This document shows, piece after piece, positions 25,177 through 39,550 of a DNA stretch of 64,000 bases. A program made the translations under genes and the position numbers. The stretch is from NCBI GenBank assembly GCA_964057225.1, contig OZ059899.1:9548001-9612000 (forward strand), read 5' to 3'. Within the stretch, counting starts at the first letter, position 1. Each line of letters begins with the position of its first letter. The notes beneath the pieces were generated by a model. The model made no database searches and was not told the origin of the DNA. It was given only the letters and a program-made list of their open reading frames with translations. This stretch comes from Auanema rhodensis (Eukaryota > Animalia > Nematoda).

Positions 25177-26534
25177 TAAATTTTTTTCATTTCACTTGTC
25201 ATTCATAAAAATCGAATTTTTTTTTTTCAATGATTTTTTTTTGCAATGTGTCATAAGAATTACACAGTTGAACAAAACGTTTTTTAAGAATTTTTTTTGT
25301 TGTCAACATATATATTTTCCTGGAATTCGAAAGCATTTGGGATGGAAATTAGAAAGAAAAGAACTAGTTTTTCCTACTTTAAAACAAACAATAAGAAATA
25401 AAATGAAAAAGATTGTTAGATATCCAATTTAAACTTATACATTTACTTCGATAAAGAGCCTATTAGATTGAAATTTTATGTCTTACAGTTCTCCAACAGA
25501 ACAGACTGATCCTGATTTCTCTATGATTACATAAAACTCCCGTTTGATATAAAAAAAGGAGAGGAATAACGTTTCCAGGATGTCAAGGATATCGAATCTA
25601 GTGATATTGTAGAGAAATGTAATGTCAGCTCCATAGGTTTTCTCTTAATTTCTCTCATCACAATTGTCTTAGTTTTTTTTCTCATAAGAGTTTCTGAAAT
25701 CTTAGGTGAACAAGGCCGTATATATTTTGCTGGAATTCGAAAGCATTTGGGATGGAAATTAGAAAGAAAAGAACTAGTTTTTCCTACTTTAAAACAAACA
25801 ATAAGAAATAAAATGAAAAAGATTGTTAGATATCCAATTTAAACTTATACATTTACTTCGATAAAGAGCCTATTAGATTGAAATTTTATGTCTTACAGTT
25901 CTCCAACAGAACAGACTGATCCTGATTTTTCTACGATTACATAAAACTCTCGTTTGATATAAAAAAAGGAGAGGAACAACGTTTCCAGGATGTCAAGGAT
26001 ATCGAATCTAGTGATATTGTAGAAAAATGTAATGTCAGCTCCATAGGTTTTCTCCTAATTTCTCTCATCACAATTGTCTTAGTTTTTTTTCTCATAAGAG
26101 TTTCTGAAATCTTAGGTGAACAAGGCCGTATATAATTTCCTGGAATTCGAAAGCATTTGGGATGGAATTTAGAAAGAAAAGAACTAGTTTTTCCTACTTT
26201 AAAACAAACAATAAGAAATAAAATGAAAAAGATTGTTAGATATCCAATTTAAACTTATACATTTACTTCGATAAAGAGCCTGTTAGTTTGAAATTTTATG
26301 TCTTACAGTTCTCCAACAGAACAGACTGATCCTGATTTTTCTACGATTACATAAAACTCTCGTTTGATATAAAAAAAGGAGAGGAATAACGTTTCCAGGA
26401 TGTCAAGGATATCGAATCTAGTGATATTGTAGAAAAATGTAATGTCAGCTCCATAGGTTTTCTCCTAATTTCTCTCATCACAATTGTCTTAGTTTTTTTT
26501 TCTCATAAGAGTTTCTGAAATCTTAGTTGAACAA

Positions 26535-26607
26535 GGCCGCGTGGCGCAATGGATAACGCGTCTGCCTACGGAGCAGAAGATTGTAGGTTCAAATCCTGCC
26601 GTGGTCG
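26535..26607 (+). tRNA. tRNA-Arg(ACG), T-loop TTCAAAT variant
   Basis: Intact cloverleaf. Confidence 0.93.
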
Positions 26608-28776
26608 TAAATTTTTTTCATTTCACTTGTCATACATAAAAATCGAATTTATTTTTTTCAATGATTTTTTTTTGCAATGTGTCATAAGAATTACACAGTT
26701 GAACAAAACGTTTTTTAAGAATTTTCTTTGTTGTCAACATATATATTTTCCTGGAATTCGAAAGCATTTGGGATGGAAATCAGAAAGAAAAGAACTAGTT
26801 TTTCCTACTTTAAAACAAACAATAAAAAATAAAATGAAAAAGATTGTTAGATATCCAATTTAAACTTTTACATTTACTTCGATAAAAAGCCTATTAGATT
26901 GAAATTTTATGTCTTACAGTTCTCCAACAGAACAGACTGATCCTGATTTCTCTATGATTACATAAAATTCTCGTTTAATATAAAAAAAGGAGAGGAATAA
27001 CGTTTCCAGGATGTCAAGGATATCGAATCTAGTGATATTGTAGAAAAATGTAATGTCAGGTTTTCTCCTAATTTCTCTCATCACAATTGTCTTAGTTTTT
27101 TTTCTCATGAGAGTTTCTGAAATCTTAGGTGAACAAGGCCGTATATAATTTCTTGTAATTCGAAAGCATTTGGGATGGAATTTAGAAAGAAAAGAACTAG
27201 TTTTTCCTACTTTAAAACAAACAATAAAAAATAAAATGAAAAAGATTGTTAGATATCCAATTTAAACTTTTACATTTACTTTGATAAAGAGCCTATTAGA
27301 TTGAAATTTTATGTCTTACAGTTCTCCAACAGAACAGACTGATCCTGATTTTTCTACGATTACATAAAACTCTCGTTTGATATAAAAAAAGAAGAGGAAC
27401 AACGTTTCCAGGATGTCAAGGATATCGACTCTAGTGATATTGTAGAAAAATGTAATGTCAGCTCCATAGGTTTTCTCCTAATTTCTCTCATCACAATTGT
27501 CTTAGTTTTTTTTCTCATAAGAGTTTCTGAAATCTTAGGTGAACAAGGCCGTATATAATTTCCTGGAATTCGAAAGCATTTGGGATGAAATTTAGAAAGA
27601 AAAGAACTAGTTTTTCCTACTTTAAAACAAACAATAAGAAATAAAATGAAAAAGATTGTTAGATATCCAATTTAAACTTATACATTTACTTCGATAAAGA
27701 GCCTATTAGATTGAAATTTTATGTCTTACAGTTCTCCAACAGAACAGACTGATCCTGATTTCTCTATGATTACATAAAACTCCCGTTTGATATAAAAAAA
27801 GGAGAGGAATAACGTTTCCAGGATGTCAAGGATATCGAATCTAGTGATATTGTAGAGAAATGTAATGTCAGCTCCATAGGTTTTCTCTTAATTTCTCTCA
27901 TCACAATTGTCTTAGTTTTTTTTCTCATAAGAGTTTCTGAAATCTTAGGTGAACAAGGCCGTATATATTTTGCTGGAATTCGAAAGCATTTGGGATGGAA
28001 ATTAGAAAGAAAAGAACTAGTTTTTCCTACTTTAAAACAAACAATAAGAAATAAAATGAAAAAGATTGTTGATATCCAATTTAAACTTATACATTTATTT
28101 CGATAAAGAGCCTATTAGATTGAAATTTTATGTCTTACAGTTCTCCAACAGAACAGACTGATCCTGATTTTTCTACGATTACATAAAACTCTCGTTTGAT
28201 ATAAAAAAAGAAGAGGAACAACGTTTCCAGGATGTCAAGGATATCGACTCTAGTGATATTGTAGAAAAATGTAATGTCAGCTCCATAGGTTTTCTCCTAA
28301 TTTCTCTCATCACAATTGTCTTAGTTTTTTTTCTCATAAGAGTTTCTGAAATCTTAGGTGAACAAGGCCGTATATAATTTCTTGTAATTCGAAAGCATTT
28401 GGGATGGAATTTAGAAAGAAAAGAACTAGTTTTTCCTACTTTAAAACAAACAATAAAAAATAAAATGAAAAAGATTGTTAGATATCCAATTTAAACTTTT
28501 ACATTTACTTCGATAAAGAGCCTATTAGTTTGAAATTTTATGTCTTACAGTTCTCCAACAGAACAGACTGATCCTGATTTTTCTACGATTACATAAAACT
28601 CTCGTTTGATATAAAAAAAGAAGAGGAACAACGTTTCCAGGATGTCAAGGATATCGACTCTAGTGATATTGTAGAAAAATGTAATGTCAGCTCCATAGGT
28701 TTTCTCCTAATTTCTCTCATCACAATTGTCTTAGTTTTTTTTTCTCATAAGAGTTTCTGAAATCTTTGTTGAACAA

Positions 28777-28849
28777 GGCCGCGTGGCGCAATGGATAACG
28801 CGTCTGCCTACGGAGCAGAAGATTGTAGGTTCGAATCCTGCCGTGGTCG
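28777..28849 (+). tRNA. tRNA-Arg(ACG)
   Basis: Consensus copy. Confidence 0.95.
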
Positions 28850-30205
28850 TAAATTTTTTTCATTTCACTTGTCATTCATAAAAATCGAATTTTTTTTTTT
28901 CAATGATTTTTTTTTGCAATGTGTCATAAGAATTACACAGTTGAACAAAACGTTTTTTAAGAATTTTTTTTGTTGTCAACATATATATTTTCCTGGAATT
29001 CGAAAGCATTTGGGATGGAAATTAGAAAGAAAAGAACTAGTTTTTCCTACTTTAAAACAAACAATAAGAAATAAAATGAAAAAGATTGTTAGATATCCAA
29101 TTTAAACTTATACATTTACTTCGATAAAGAGCCTATTAGATTGAAATTTTATGTCTTACAGTTCTCCAACAGAACAGACTGATCCTGATTTCTCTATGAT
29201 TACATAAAACTCCCGTTTGATATAAAAAAAGGAGAGGAATAACGTTTCCAGGATGTCAAGGATATCGAATCTAGTGATATTGTAGAGAAATGTAATGTCA
29301 GCTCCATAGGTTTTCTCTTAATTTCTCTCATCACAATTGTCTTAGTTTTTTTTCTCATAAGAGTTTCTGAAATCTTAGGTGAACAAGGCCGTATATATTT
29401 TGCTGGAATTCGAAAGCATTTGGGATGGAAATTAGAAAGAAAAGAACTAGTTTTTCCTACTTTAAAACAAACAATAAGAAATAAAATGAAAAAGATTGTT
29501 AGATATCCAATTTAAACTTATACATTTACTTCGATAAAGAGCCTATTAGATTGAAATTTTATGTCTTACAGTTCTCAAACAGAACAGACTGATCCTGATT
29601 TTTCTACGATTACATAAAACTCTCGTTTGATATAAAAAAAGGAGAGGAATAACGTTTCCAGGATGTCAAGGATATCGAATCTAGTGATATTGTAGAGAAA
29701 TGTAATGTCAGCTCCATAGGTTTTCTCTTAATTTCTCTCATCACAATTGTCTTAGTTTTTTTTCTCATAAGAGTTTCTGAAATCTTAGGTGAACAAGGCC
29801 GTATATAATTTCCTGGAATTCGAAAGCATTTGGGATGGAATTTAGAAAGAAAAGAACTAGTTTTTCCTACTTTAAAACAAACAATAAGAAATAAAATGAA
29901 AAAGATTGTTGATATCCAATTTAAACTTATACATTTATTTCGATAAAGAGCCTATTAGATTGAAATTTTATGTCTTACAGTTCTCCAACAGAACAGACTG
30001 ATCCTGATTTTTCTACGATTACATAAAACTCTCGTTTGATATAAAAAAAGAAGAGGAACAACGTTTCCAGGATGTCAAGGATATCGACTCTAGTGATATT
30101 GTAGAAAAATGTAATGTCAGCTCCATAGGTTTTCTCCTAATTTCTCTCATCACAATTGTCTTAGTTTTTTTTCTCATAAGAGTTTCTGAAATCTTTGTTG
30201 AACAA

Positions 30206-30278
30206 GGTCGCGTGGCGCAATGGATAACGCGTCTGCCTACGGAGCAGAAGATTGTAGGTTCGAATCCTGCCGTGGTCG
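30206..30278 (+). tRNA. tRNA-Arg(ACG), C3T variant
   Basis: GGTCGCG start; U:G pair in the acceptor stem. Confidence 0.88.
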
Positions 30279-32454
30279 TAAATTTTTTTCATTTCACTTG
30301 TCATTCATAAAAATCGAATTTTTTTTTTCAATGATTTTTTTTTGCAATGTGTCATAAGAATTACACAGTTGAACAAAACGTTTTTTAAGAATTTTTTTTG
30401 TTGTCAACATATATATTTTCCTGGAATTCGAAAGCATTTGGGATGGAAATTAGAAAGAAAAGAACTAGTTTTTCCTACTTTAAAACAAACAATAAGAAAT
30501 AAAATGAAAAAGATTGTTAGATATCCAATTTAAACTTATACATTTACTTCGATAAAGAGCCTATTAGATTGAAATTTTATGTCTTACAGTTCTCCAACAG
30601 AACAGACTGATCCTGATTTCTCTATGATTACATAAAACTCCCGTTTGATATAAAAAAAGGAGAGGAATAACGTTTCCAGGATGTCAAGGATATCGAATCT
30701 AGTGATATTGTAGAGAAATGTAATGTCAGCTCCATAGGTTTTCTCTTAATTTCTCTTATCACAATTCTCTTAGTTTTTTTTCTCATAAGAGTTTCTGAAA
30801 TCTTAGGTGAACAAGGCCGTATATATTTTGCTGGAATTCGAAAGCATTTGGGATGGAAATTAGAAAGAAAAGAACTAGTTTTTCCTACTTTAAAAGAAAC
30901 AATAAGAAATAAAATGAAAAAGATTGTTAGATATCCAATTTAAACTTATACATTTACTTCGATAAAGAGCCTATTAGATTGAAATTTTATGTCTTACAGT
31001 TCTCCAACAGAACAGACTGATCCTGATTTTTCTACGATTACATAAAACTCTCGTTTGATATAAAAAAAGGAGAGGAACAACGTTTCCAGGATGTCAAGGA
31101 TATCGAATCTAGTGATATTGTAGAAAAATGTAATGTCAGCTCCATAGGTTTTCTCCTAATTTCTCTCATCACAATTGTCTTAGTTTTTTTTCTCATAAGA
31201 GTTTCTGAAATCTTAGGTGAACAAGGCCGTATATAATTTCCTGGAATTCGAATACATTTGGGATGAAATTTAGAAAGAAAAGAACTAGTTTTTCCTACTT
31301 TAAAACAAACAATAAGAAATAAAATGAAAAAGATTGTTAGATATCCAATTTAAACTTATACATTTACTTCGATAAAGAGCCTATTAGATTGAAATTTTAT
31401 GTCTTACAGTTCTCCAACAGAACAGACTGATCCTGATTTCTCTATGATTACATAAAACTCCCGTTTGATATAAAAAAAGGAGAGGAATAACGTTTCCAGG
31501 ATGTCAAGGATATCGAATCTAGTGATATTGTAGAGAAATGTAATGTCAGCTCCATAGGTTTTCTCTTAATTTCTCTCATCACAATTGTCTTAGTTTTTTT
31601 TCTCATAAGAGTTTCTGAAATCTTAGGTGAACAAGGCCGTATATATTTTGCTGGAATTCGAAAGCATTTGGGATGGAAATTAGAAAGAAAAGAACTAGTT
31701 TTTCCTACTTTAAAACAAACAATAAGAAATAAAATGAAAAAGATTGTTGATATCCAATTTAAACTTATACATTTATTTCGATAAAGAGCCTATTAGATTG
31801 AAATTTTATGTCTTACAGTTCTCCAACAGAACAGACTGATCCTGATTTTTCTACGATTACATAAAACTCTCGTTTGATATAGAAAAAGAAGAGGAACAAC
31901 GTTTCCAGGATGTCAAGGATATCGACTCTAGTGATATTGTAGAAAAATGTAATGTCAGCTCCATAGGTTTTCTCCTAATTTCTCTCATCACAATTGTCTT
32001 AGTTTTTTTTCTCATAAGAGTTTCTGAAATCTTAGGTGAACAAGGCCGTATATAATTTCCTGGAATTCGAAAGCATTTGGGATGGAATTTAGAAAGAAAA
32101 AAACTAGTTTTTCCTACTTTAAAACAAACAATAAGAAATAAAATGAAAAGGATTGTTAGATATCCAATTTAAACTTATACATTTACTTCGATAAAGAGCC
32201 TGTTAGTTTGAAATTTTATGTCTTACAGTTCTCCAACAGAACAGACTGATCCTGATTTTTCTACGATTACATAAAACTCTCGTTTGATATAAAAAAAGGA
32301 GAGGAATAACGTTTCCAGGATGTCAAGGATATCGAATCTAGTGATATTGTAGAAAAATGTAATGTCAGCTCCATAGGTTTTCTCCTAATTTCTCTCATCA
32401 CAATTGTCTTAGTTTTTTTTTCTCATAAGAGTTTCTGAAATCTTTGTTGAACAA

Positions 32455-32527
32455 GGCCGCGTGGCGCAATGGATAACGCGTCTGCCTACGGAGCAGAAGA
32501 TTGTAGGTTCGAATCCTGCCGTGGTCG
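32455..32527 (+). tRNA. tRNA-Arg(ACG)
   Basis: Consensus copy. Confidence 0.95.
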
Positions 32528-33474
32528 TAAATTTTTTTCATTTCACTTGTCATTCATAAAAATCGAATTTTTTTTTTCAATGATTTTTTTTTGCAATGTG
32601 TCATAAGAATTACACAGTTGAACAAAACGTTTTTTAAGAATTTTTTTTGTTGTCAACATATATATTTTCCTGGAATTCGAAAGCATTTGGGATGGAAATT
32701 AGAAAGAAAAGAACTAGTTTTTCCTACTTTAAAACAAACAATAAGAAATAAAATGAAAAAGATTGTTAGATATCCAATTTAAACATATACATTTACTTCG
32801 ATAAAGAGCCTATTAGATTGAAATTTTATGTCTTACAGTTCTCCAACAGAACAGACTGATCCTGATTTCTCTATGATTACATAAAACTCCCGTTTGATAT
32901 AAAAAAAGGAGAGGAATAACGTTTCCAGGATGTCAAGGATATCGAATCTAGTGATATTGTAGAGAAATGTAATGTCAGCTCCATAGGTTTTCTCTTAATT
33001 TCTCTCATCACAATTGTCTTAGTTTTTTTTCTCATAAGAGTTTCTGAAATCTTAGGTGAACAAGGCCGTATATATTTTGCTGGAATTCGAAAGCATTTGG
33101 GATGGAAATTAGAAAGAAAAGAACTAGTTTTTCCTACTTTAAAACAAACAATAAGAAATAAAATGAAAAAGATTGTTAGATATCCAATTTAAACTTATAC
33201 ATTTACTTCGATAAAGAGCCTGTTAGTTTGAAATTTTATGTCTTACAGTTCTCCAACAGAACAGACTGATCCTGATTTTTCTACGATTACATAAAACTCT
33301 CGTTTGATATAAAAAAAGGAGAGGAATAACGTTTCCAGGATGTCAAGGATATCGAATCTAGGGATATTGTAGAAAAATGTAATGTCAGCTCCATAGGTTT
33401 TCTCCTAATTTCTCTCATCACAATTGTCTTAGTTTTTTTTTCTCATAAGAGTTTCTGAAATCTTTGTTGAACAA

Positions 33475-33547
33475 GGCCGCGTGGCGCAATGGATAACGCG
33501 TCTGCCTACGGAGCAGAAGATTGTAGGTTCAAATCCTGCCGTGGTCG
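33475..33547 (+). tRNA. tRNA-Arg(ACG), TTCAAAT variant
   Basis: Intact cloverleaf. Confidence 0.93.
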
Positions 33548-35270
33548 TAAATTTTTTTCATTTCACTTGTCATACATAAAAATCGAATTTATTTTTTTCA
33601 ATGATTTTTTTTTGCAATGTGTCATAAGAATTACACAGTTGAACAAAACGTTTTTTAAGAATTTTCTTTGTTGTCAACATATATATTTTCCTGGAATTCG
33701 AAAGCATTTGGGATGGAAATCAGAAAGAAAAGAACTAGTTTTTCCTACTTTAAAACAAACAATAAAAAATAAAATGAAAAAGATTGTTAGATATCCATAT
33801 TAAACTTTTACATTTACTTCGATAAAGAGCCTATTAGATTGAAATTTTATGTCTTACAGTTCTCCAACAGAACAGACTGATCCTGATTTCTCTATGATTA
33901 CATAAAATTCTCGTTTAATATAAAAAAAGGAGAGGAATAACGTTTCCAGGATGTCAAGGATATCGAATCTAGTGATATTGTAGAAAAATGTAATGTCAGG
34001 TTTTCTCCTAATTTCTCTCATCACAATTGTCTTAGTTTTTTTTCTCATGAGAGTTTCTGAAATCTTAGGTGAACAAGGCCGTATATAATTTCCTGGAATT
34101 CGAAAGCATTTGGGATGGAATTTAGAGAGAAAAGAACTAGTTTTTCCTACTTTAAAACAAACAATAAGAAATAAAATGAAAAGATTGTTAGATATCCAAT
34201 TTAAACTTATACATTTACTTCGATGAAGAGCCTGTTAGTTTGAAATTTTATGTCTTACAGTTCTCCAACAGAACAGACTGATCCTGATTTTTCTACGATT
34301 ACATAAAACTCTCGTTTGATATAAAAAAAGGAGAGGAACAACGTTTCCAGGATGTCAAGGATATCGAATCTAGTGATATTGTAGAAAAATGTAATGTCAG
34401 CTCCATAGGTTTTCTCCTAATTTCTCTCATCACAATTGTCTTAGTTTTTTTTCTCATAAGAGTTTCTGAAATCTTAGGTGAACAAGGCCGTATATAATTT
34501 CCTGGAATTCGAAAGCATTTGGGATGGAATTTAGAAAGAAAAGAACTAGTTTTTCCTACTTTAAAACAAACAATAAGAAATAAAATGAAAAAGATTGTTA
34601 GATATCCAATTTAAACTTATACATTTACTTCGATAAAGAGCCTATTAGATTGAAATTTTATGTCTTACAGTTCTCCAACAGAACAGACTGATCCTGATTT
34701 CTCTATGATTACATAAAACTCCCGTTTGATATAAAAAAAAGAGAGGAATAACGTTTCCAGGATGTCAAGGATATCGAATCTAGTGATATTGTAGAGAAAT
34801 GTAATGTCAGCTCCATAGGTTTTCTCTTAATTTCTCTCATCACAATTGTCTTAGTTTTTTTTCTCATAAGAGTTTCTGAAATCTTAGGTGAACAAGGCCG
34901 TATATAATTTCCTGTAATTCGAAAGCATTTGGGATGGAATTTAGAAAGAAAAGAACTAGTTTTTCCTACTTTAAAACAAACAATAAGAAATAAAATGAAA
35001 AAGATTGTTAGATATCCAATTTAAACTTATACATTTACTTCGATGAAGAGCCTGTTAGTTTGTGATCCTGATTTTTCTACGATTACATAAAACTCTCGTT
35101 TGATATAAAAAAAAGAGAGGAATAACGTTTCCAGGATGTCAAGGATATCGAATCTAGTGATATTGTAGAAAAATGTAATGTCAGCTCCATAGGTTTTCTC
35201 CTAATTTCTCTCATCACAATTGTCTTAGTTTTTTTTTCTCATAAGAGTTTTTGAAATCTTAGTTGAACAA

Positions 35271-35308
35271 GGCCGCGTGGCGCAATGGATAACGCGTCTG
35301 CCTACGGA
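35271..35308 (+). pseudogene. 5' half (nt 1-38) of tRNA-Arg split by the composite MULE; ends in TSD GCCTACGGA (35300-35308)
   Basis: tRNA sequence stops at the GGCAAACTGAC TIR. Confidence 0.93.
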
Positions 35309-35497
35309 GGCAAACTGACAAGTTTACCAAACTTTAGGTTTACCAAACTAGGTTTACCACGCAATAGACAAGTTTACCATAGTTATATGGTATACCAGGT
35401 TTACCAGGTTTACCAAATTATACCTAATATTAATTTGTGAACACTTTGCAAGGTTTACCAAGTTTACCAAATTCATCAAGTATACCAAGTTTACCAA
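35309..35497. repeat. TIR (outer, A) built of GT(T/A)TACCA sub-repeats
   Basis: Inverted match to 39320-39500 and 45782-45961. Confidence 0.9.
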
Positions 35498-35878
35498 AAA
35501 AATATCTTTATACTAAGTATACTAAAATACAAAAGTTGTAGTTTGAAATTTTATGTTTTTTTCAAATTAGAGATTATACTATCAGGAAAAAAATTTTTAC
35601 ATTAGTTGAACATGAAGTGTGAAAAGAATCGAAATTTAATTTTTATAAAACTTTCCGTTTCGCATGTTTTCTTTTTGTGGAGCAGTTGCATACATGAAAA
35701 GTGTTCATTAAAGATGTTAAGCAATCGTTCTAACTGACCTTTTAATAATGATTCTCAGTTTGGTGAGAGTGTGTGATGGATCAATATTGTAAATGAAATC
35801 AAATATATAGTTTGAAATATGTTAGTTCACTCACCTTATTCAAGTTTATTAGTATCCAATTTTTGTAGCTACGGCACT

Positions 35879-38769
35879 TTATGAAAGTGAGTAGTAGCGA
35901 TCCTGTTGTCCTGATGGGCCTGGAATCAAAATCTCTTCATCTGAATCGGCTGTCGTACTGTAATAAAAAATTATTTCGGGACAGTAGTGTTAAACTTACT
36001 CCATGTCATAGTAGTTTCTTTTACGGTTCGTTTTGGAGAATTGCGAACCAAATCGTCTCTGATCGAATTTAGACCCGTCAGCTGGTCTCAATTGCTCGGA
36101 TTGCACGTCTCTTGCTGTTCTCTCGTTCCTTTTCCGTTCCAGGTTTTCAACAATTGCATTTTTTTTATTTTCATTCTCCAATGATATGAAAACAGCTAGT
36201 CTGAAACAAAAATATACTTAATTGTACTATAAATTTAAGAAACCTGTGATGACATAGAGCGTGTTTCGGACAATTTCGCTGAGAACATCCTGGGCTTGAG
36301 CATACAAGCTCATTATTAACTTCATTGACGCATCCCAATCTGAAAAATTAATAATAAACTTTATTACGAATTTTCTCAGCTTACGCTCCAGTACTGTCTT
36401 TGGTAAAATATATACCCGCTTTTGCAGCAGGAAATACCTCCAAACGCTGAACAGTTTCGAAAAACACGTCAGCATTATTAGTTCCTACTGGCTCACTCAT
36501 CCATGAGGGATAGTTCGACAACGTATTTTCAAAAATGAAGTCATTCAAACCAAAAAGTTTGAGTTTGTTCATTTTCTCAATACGTGTCATTACTAACCAC
36601 TCGTGGTTCTCAACATGAAAGTGAGTGGCCAGTTTGTCCGATTTCTGATGAATGGCTCCAATTCGATCTTTTATTTCTTCTATAATGAAATTAATTTTTT
36701 CTTTTTTTTGAATAGTTTAGTTACCTTCATGTAATTGCAGCATTTTTTCTAAAACCTGGTGAGCAGGAATTGGATGAGGCATTCTTGCTTTTAACTGAGC
36801 GTTTCTCGACTCTAGCAAGTTAGTGGAAAAAAATTGCTGGCTTTGCCCAGCTCTTAATTTTTGAATCAAACTATTTGTTTGATACAAATCTTCTTTATTA
36901 GCAATGAGCCTGAATCCAAAAAACATTAGTTAAAATGTTGATAAAACAAACCATTGTCGAGTTTTCTCTCCACAATTCATAATAATATCCTGCATTTTCT
37001 TCTCATATTCGTCACGAGTTAGGGACGATTAAGCCCCTTTCCTCATGATTGTTCCATATTCAGTCTTAAAACATAAAAATAGTGTTCAAAAACAATATCA
37101 AGTATACCTCTTTTTTTCTCCCGAATATTTTATGCAGGATATGTTCCTTTCTCTCAGCATCATCGTCTTTGCCGAATGTGCTTTTTATATTCTCCATTCG
37201 GTGCACGGAACATCTTAGCGGCACAGCATCTTTTAAAAATGATCCCTAAAATAAAAAACAATTAAACCTTATGTAAAAAAATTTCTTACAGTGTTGTATG
37301 CTTTGAAAGCATCTTCACCATCATGGCACAAACCAGCTACTTTTTTGTTCCTTCCATATTGAGATAGCATCTTGTTCAAATATGCCGAGAATGCTTCATG
37401 ATTGCCAGCGTTTTTGGTACTATGTACCATACATGCAAGCAATATGCCAGCGTTTTTACCAGATTTTTTTGACCTAAATTAACATTATAAAAAAAGATGT
37501 AACTAATATAATCTATACTTACGTGAACATATCCGAAACTCCGAGGGCTAGAGTGACATATTCGCCACTACTGATTGAAAATGTAGTATCAATCATTATG
37601 ATACTTCCTATTGTTGGTAGAGCTCCGGAAGCATTCACTTGATTCAAAATTCGCACTGGAAGATTAAAAAAGTTTCAATGCCTCAATTACAAAATACTCA
37701 CCAAATGCTTCCTTTGCCTCCTGTTTAGGCATGTATTGGAGATTGTCCACAAAGCGAAGATGGTCGTTCATATCTTCAACCGTTGGCAAGCAAGCACAAA
37801 AATGCTTGAAAGCCGTCGGGTATCCGACAATCTGGCAGAAGGCAATACCACGATCTTAAAAATCATTACTATTAAATTGATAAAAACTTAATTTAACCTG
37901 TTCTTTCCACTTTGATTGGTTCCATGTGCTCCACTTTCATACTCGCATTCACGAATCTATCAACGAGTTTATTGACATCGCTTGGCGATCTTTTGCCAGT
38001 ACCCGACTTGATGTGGGTGCTGACACTTCGGGCAAGACTAGTCAGCTAAAATAAAAAAATGTAGAAAAATAGCAAGCAATTTGTGCTGATATGCAGAATT
38101 AAATGAGACCCATACCTGACTGGAGCTAATTTCCATATTTTTTAGCACTTCCTTAGCAGCAGCTGTTGTTCTGTTTTCCAGAACATTTTTAACTTCTATG
38201 CTGACAGAGGGCAGGATTCTCTGTTTAGCGGGCACAAAATTTTCCAAAGATTCCTAAATATAGTACATAGAGCAAAAAGCAAAATAAGAAAACTTACCTG
38301 CACGTCATAAATGATAAGCACCGGCTCAACAATTTTTTCCTTGCCTTGTACAATCATATGAATCTAAAACAAAAATTAATTATATATCTTAAATGAACAA
38401 AAAACCTCTTTAGTAAGATCCATATCTGGTTTCTTACAGCGGATAGTTCTGTAAGAGTATTCGGTGCATTCATCCTTCGAGCAAAGGATGTATTGCCCGT
38501 CAACCAGTTTACAACCTCTCGAAGAGGTCTTGTTATTGATAGCAGGCAGACCATTGCCTCCTGAAACAAATTATATATAGAAATTTGAAAATATAAAACT
38601 GACCTTTTCTGTTCCATGGAACAAAGATATCCCGAGTGATATCCTTGTAGACAATAAATTGTCTTTTTGAAATCCTGAAAAAATTTTTACCCTGATGCAT
38701 GCCCAATAAATCAGGCATGCAATCAAGAACAGCAATGCTGTTATCGAAAATAAGTTCAAAAGCATTCAT
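35879..38769 (-). pseudogene. spliced MULE DDE transposase, ~15 exons, premature TAA at 37029-37031
   Basis: IMIDTTF, CHDGEDAF, RCSVH (CxxH), STNLLESRNAQLK, C-terminal CSSPGCSQRNCPKH (SWIM-like). GCT TAA where copy B has GCT CTA. Confidence 0.85.
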
Positions 38770-39319
38770 GATTGAAAGATTGAGAAGGTTGCGTTAAACT
38801 TGAAGTTTAAAATTGGTTTGATAAAATCAAATTATTTTTCATGTTTTAGATGATGTTCACAATTTTTGCTTTTTTCATGAACTATATATGACGCTCAATT
38901 GTCATCCAATTGATGGTAGGTGTCATTAATATGGTATACCGGAGGGTTCAACACGCGTTATAATCAACTCATGTTATATTTTTCTTAAATATGAACAATA
39001 TTTTTAACACTTATAAGACAATCTTGTCAAAAATTAATATTTATTTTTATTTAATTGTTCTATATTAGTCTACTTGAAACATTTTAGAAATTTCATATGA
39101 ATTAAGGTTCTTTGATAATAGATTCTATTTCAGATTACAAGAATTTTGAGATTAGGATGATTTAGATTTTGATTTTTCTTACTGTATCTTTTTAAAACTT
39201 ATATTTTTAAAATTACTCATCAATCATTTCAAAAAAAGCTTACATTTTCATATCTTTATCGTATTTGTTTGTTATACCTGGAAACTTCTTCAAAATACTC
39301 AAAACTCTTTTTAATCTAT

Positions 39320-39500
39320 TTTGGTATACTTGATAAATTTGGTAAACTTGGTAAACCTTGCAAAGTGTTCACAAATTAATATTAGGTATGCTTTGGTAAA
39401 CCTGGTAAACCTGGTATACCATATAACTATGGTAAACTTGTCTATTGCATGGTAAACCTAGTTTGGTAAACCTAAAGTTTGGTAAACTTGTCAGTTTACC
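39320..39500. repeat. TIR (inner, A)
   Basis: TGGTAAAC sub-repeats. Confidence 0.9.
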
Positions 39501-39550
39501 ACAATCTTCTGCTCCGTAGGCAGACGCGTTATCCATTGCGCCACGCGGCC
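39501..39550 (-). pseudogene. tRNA-Arg nt 1-50, cut by the MULE-A inner end
   Basis: Reverse complement GGCCGCG...AGAAGATTGT abuts the TIR. Confidence 0.92.

Larger units (their letters stand above)
10506..35308 (+). repeat. tandem array of ~611-bp tRNA-Arg units and ~410-bp tRNA-less units (left block)
   Basis: Recurrent GAACAAGGCCG at 410/611-bp spacing; units nearly identical. Confidence 0.97.
35309..39500 (-). mobile_element. Mutator-like DNA transposon, copy A (4.19 kb)
   Basis: TIRs GGCAAACTGACAAGTTTACC... and ...GGTAAACTTGTCAGTTTACC; transposase gene inside. Confidence 0.92.

Noticed and set aside
35055-35070. ~36-bp deletion in the unit just before the composite, as an excision footprint
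   Set aside because: No TSD remnant, and it lies ~240 bp from the junction; an ordinary deletion at a TG microhomology suffices.
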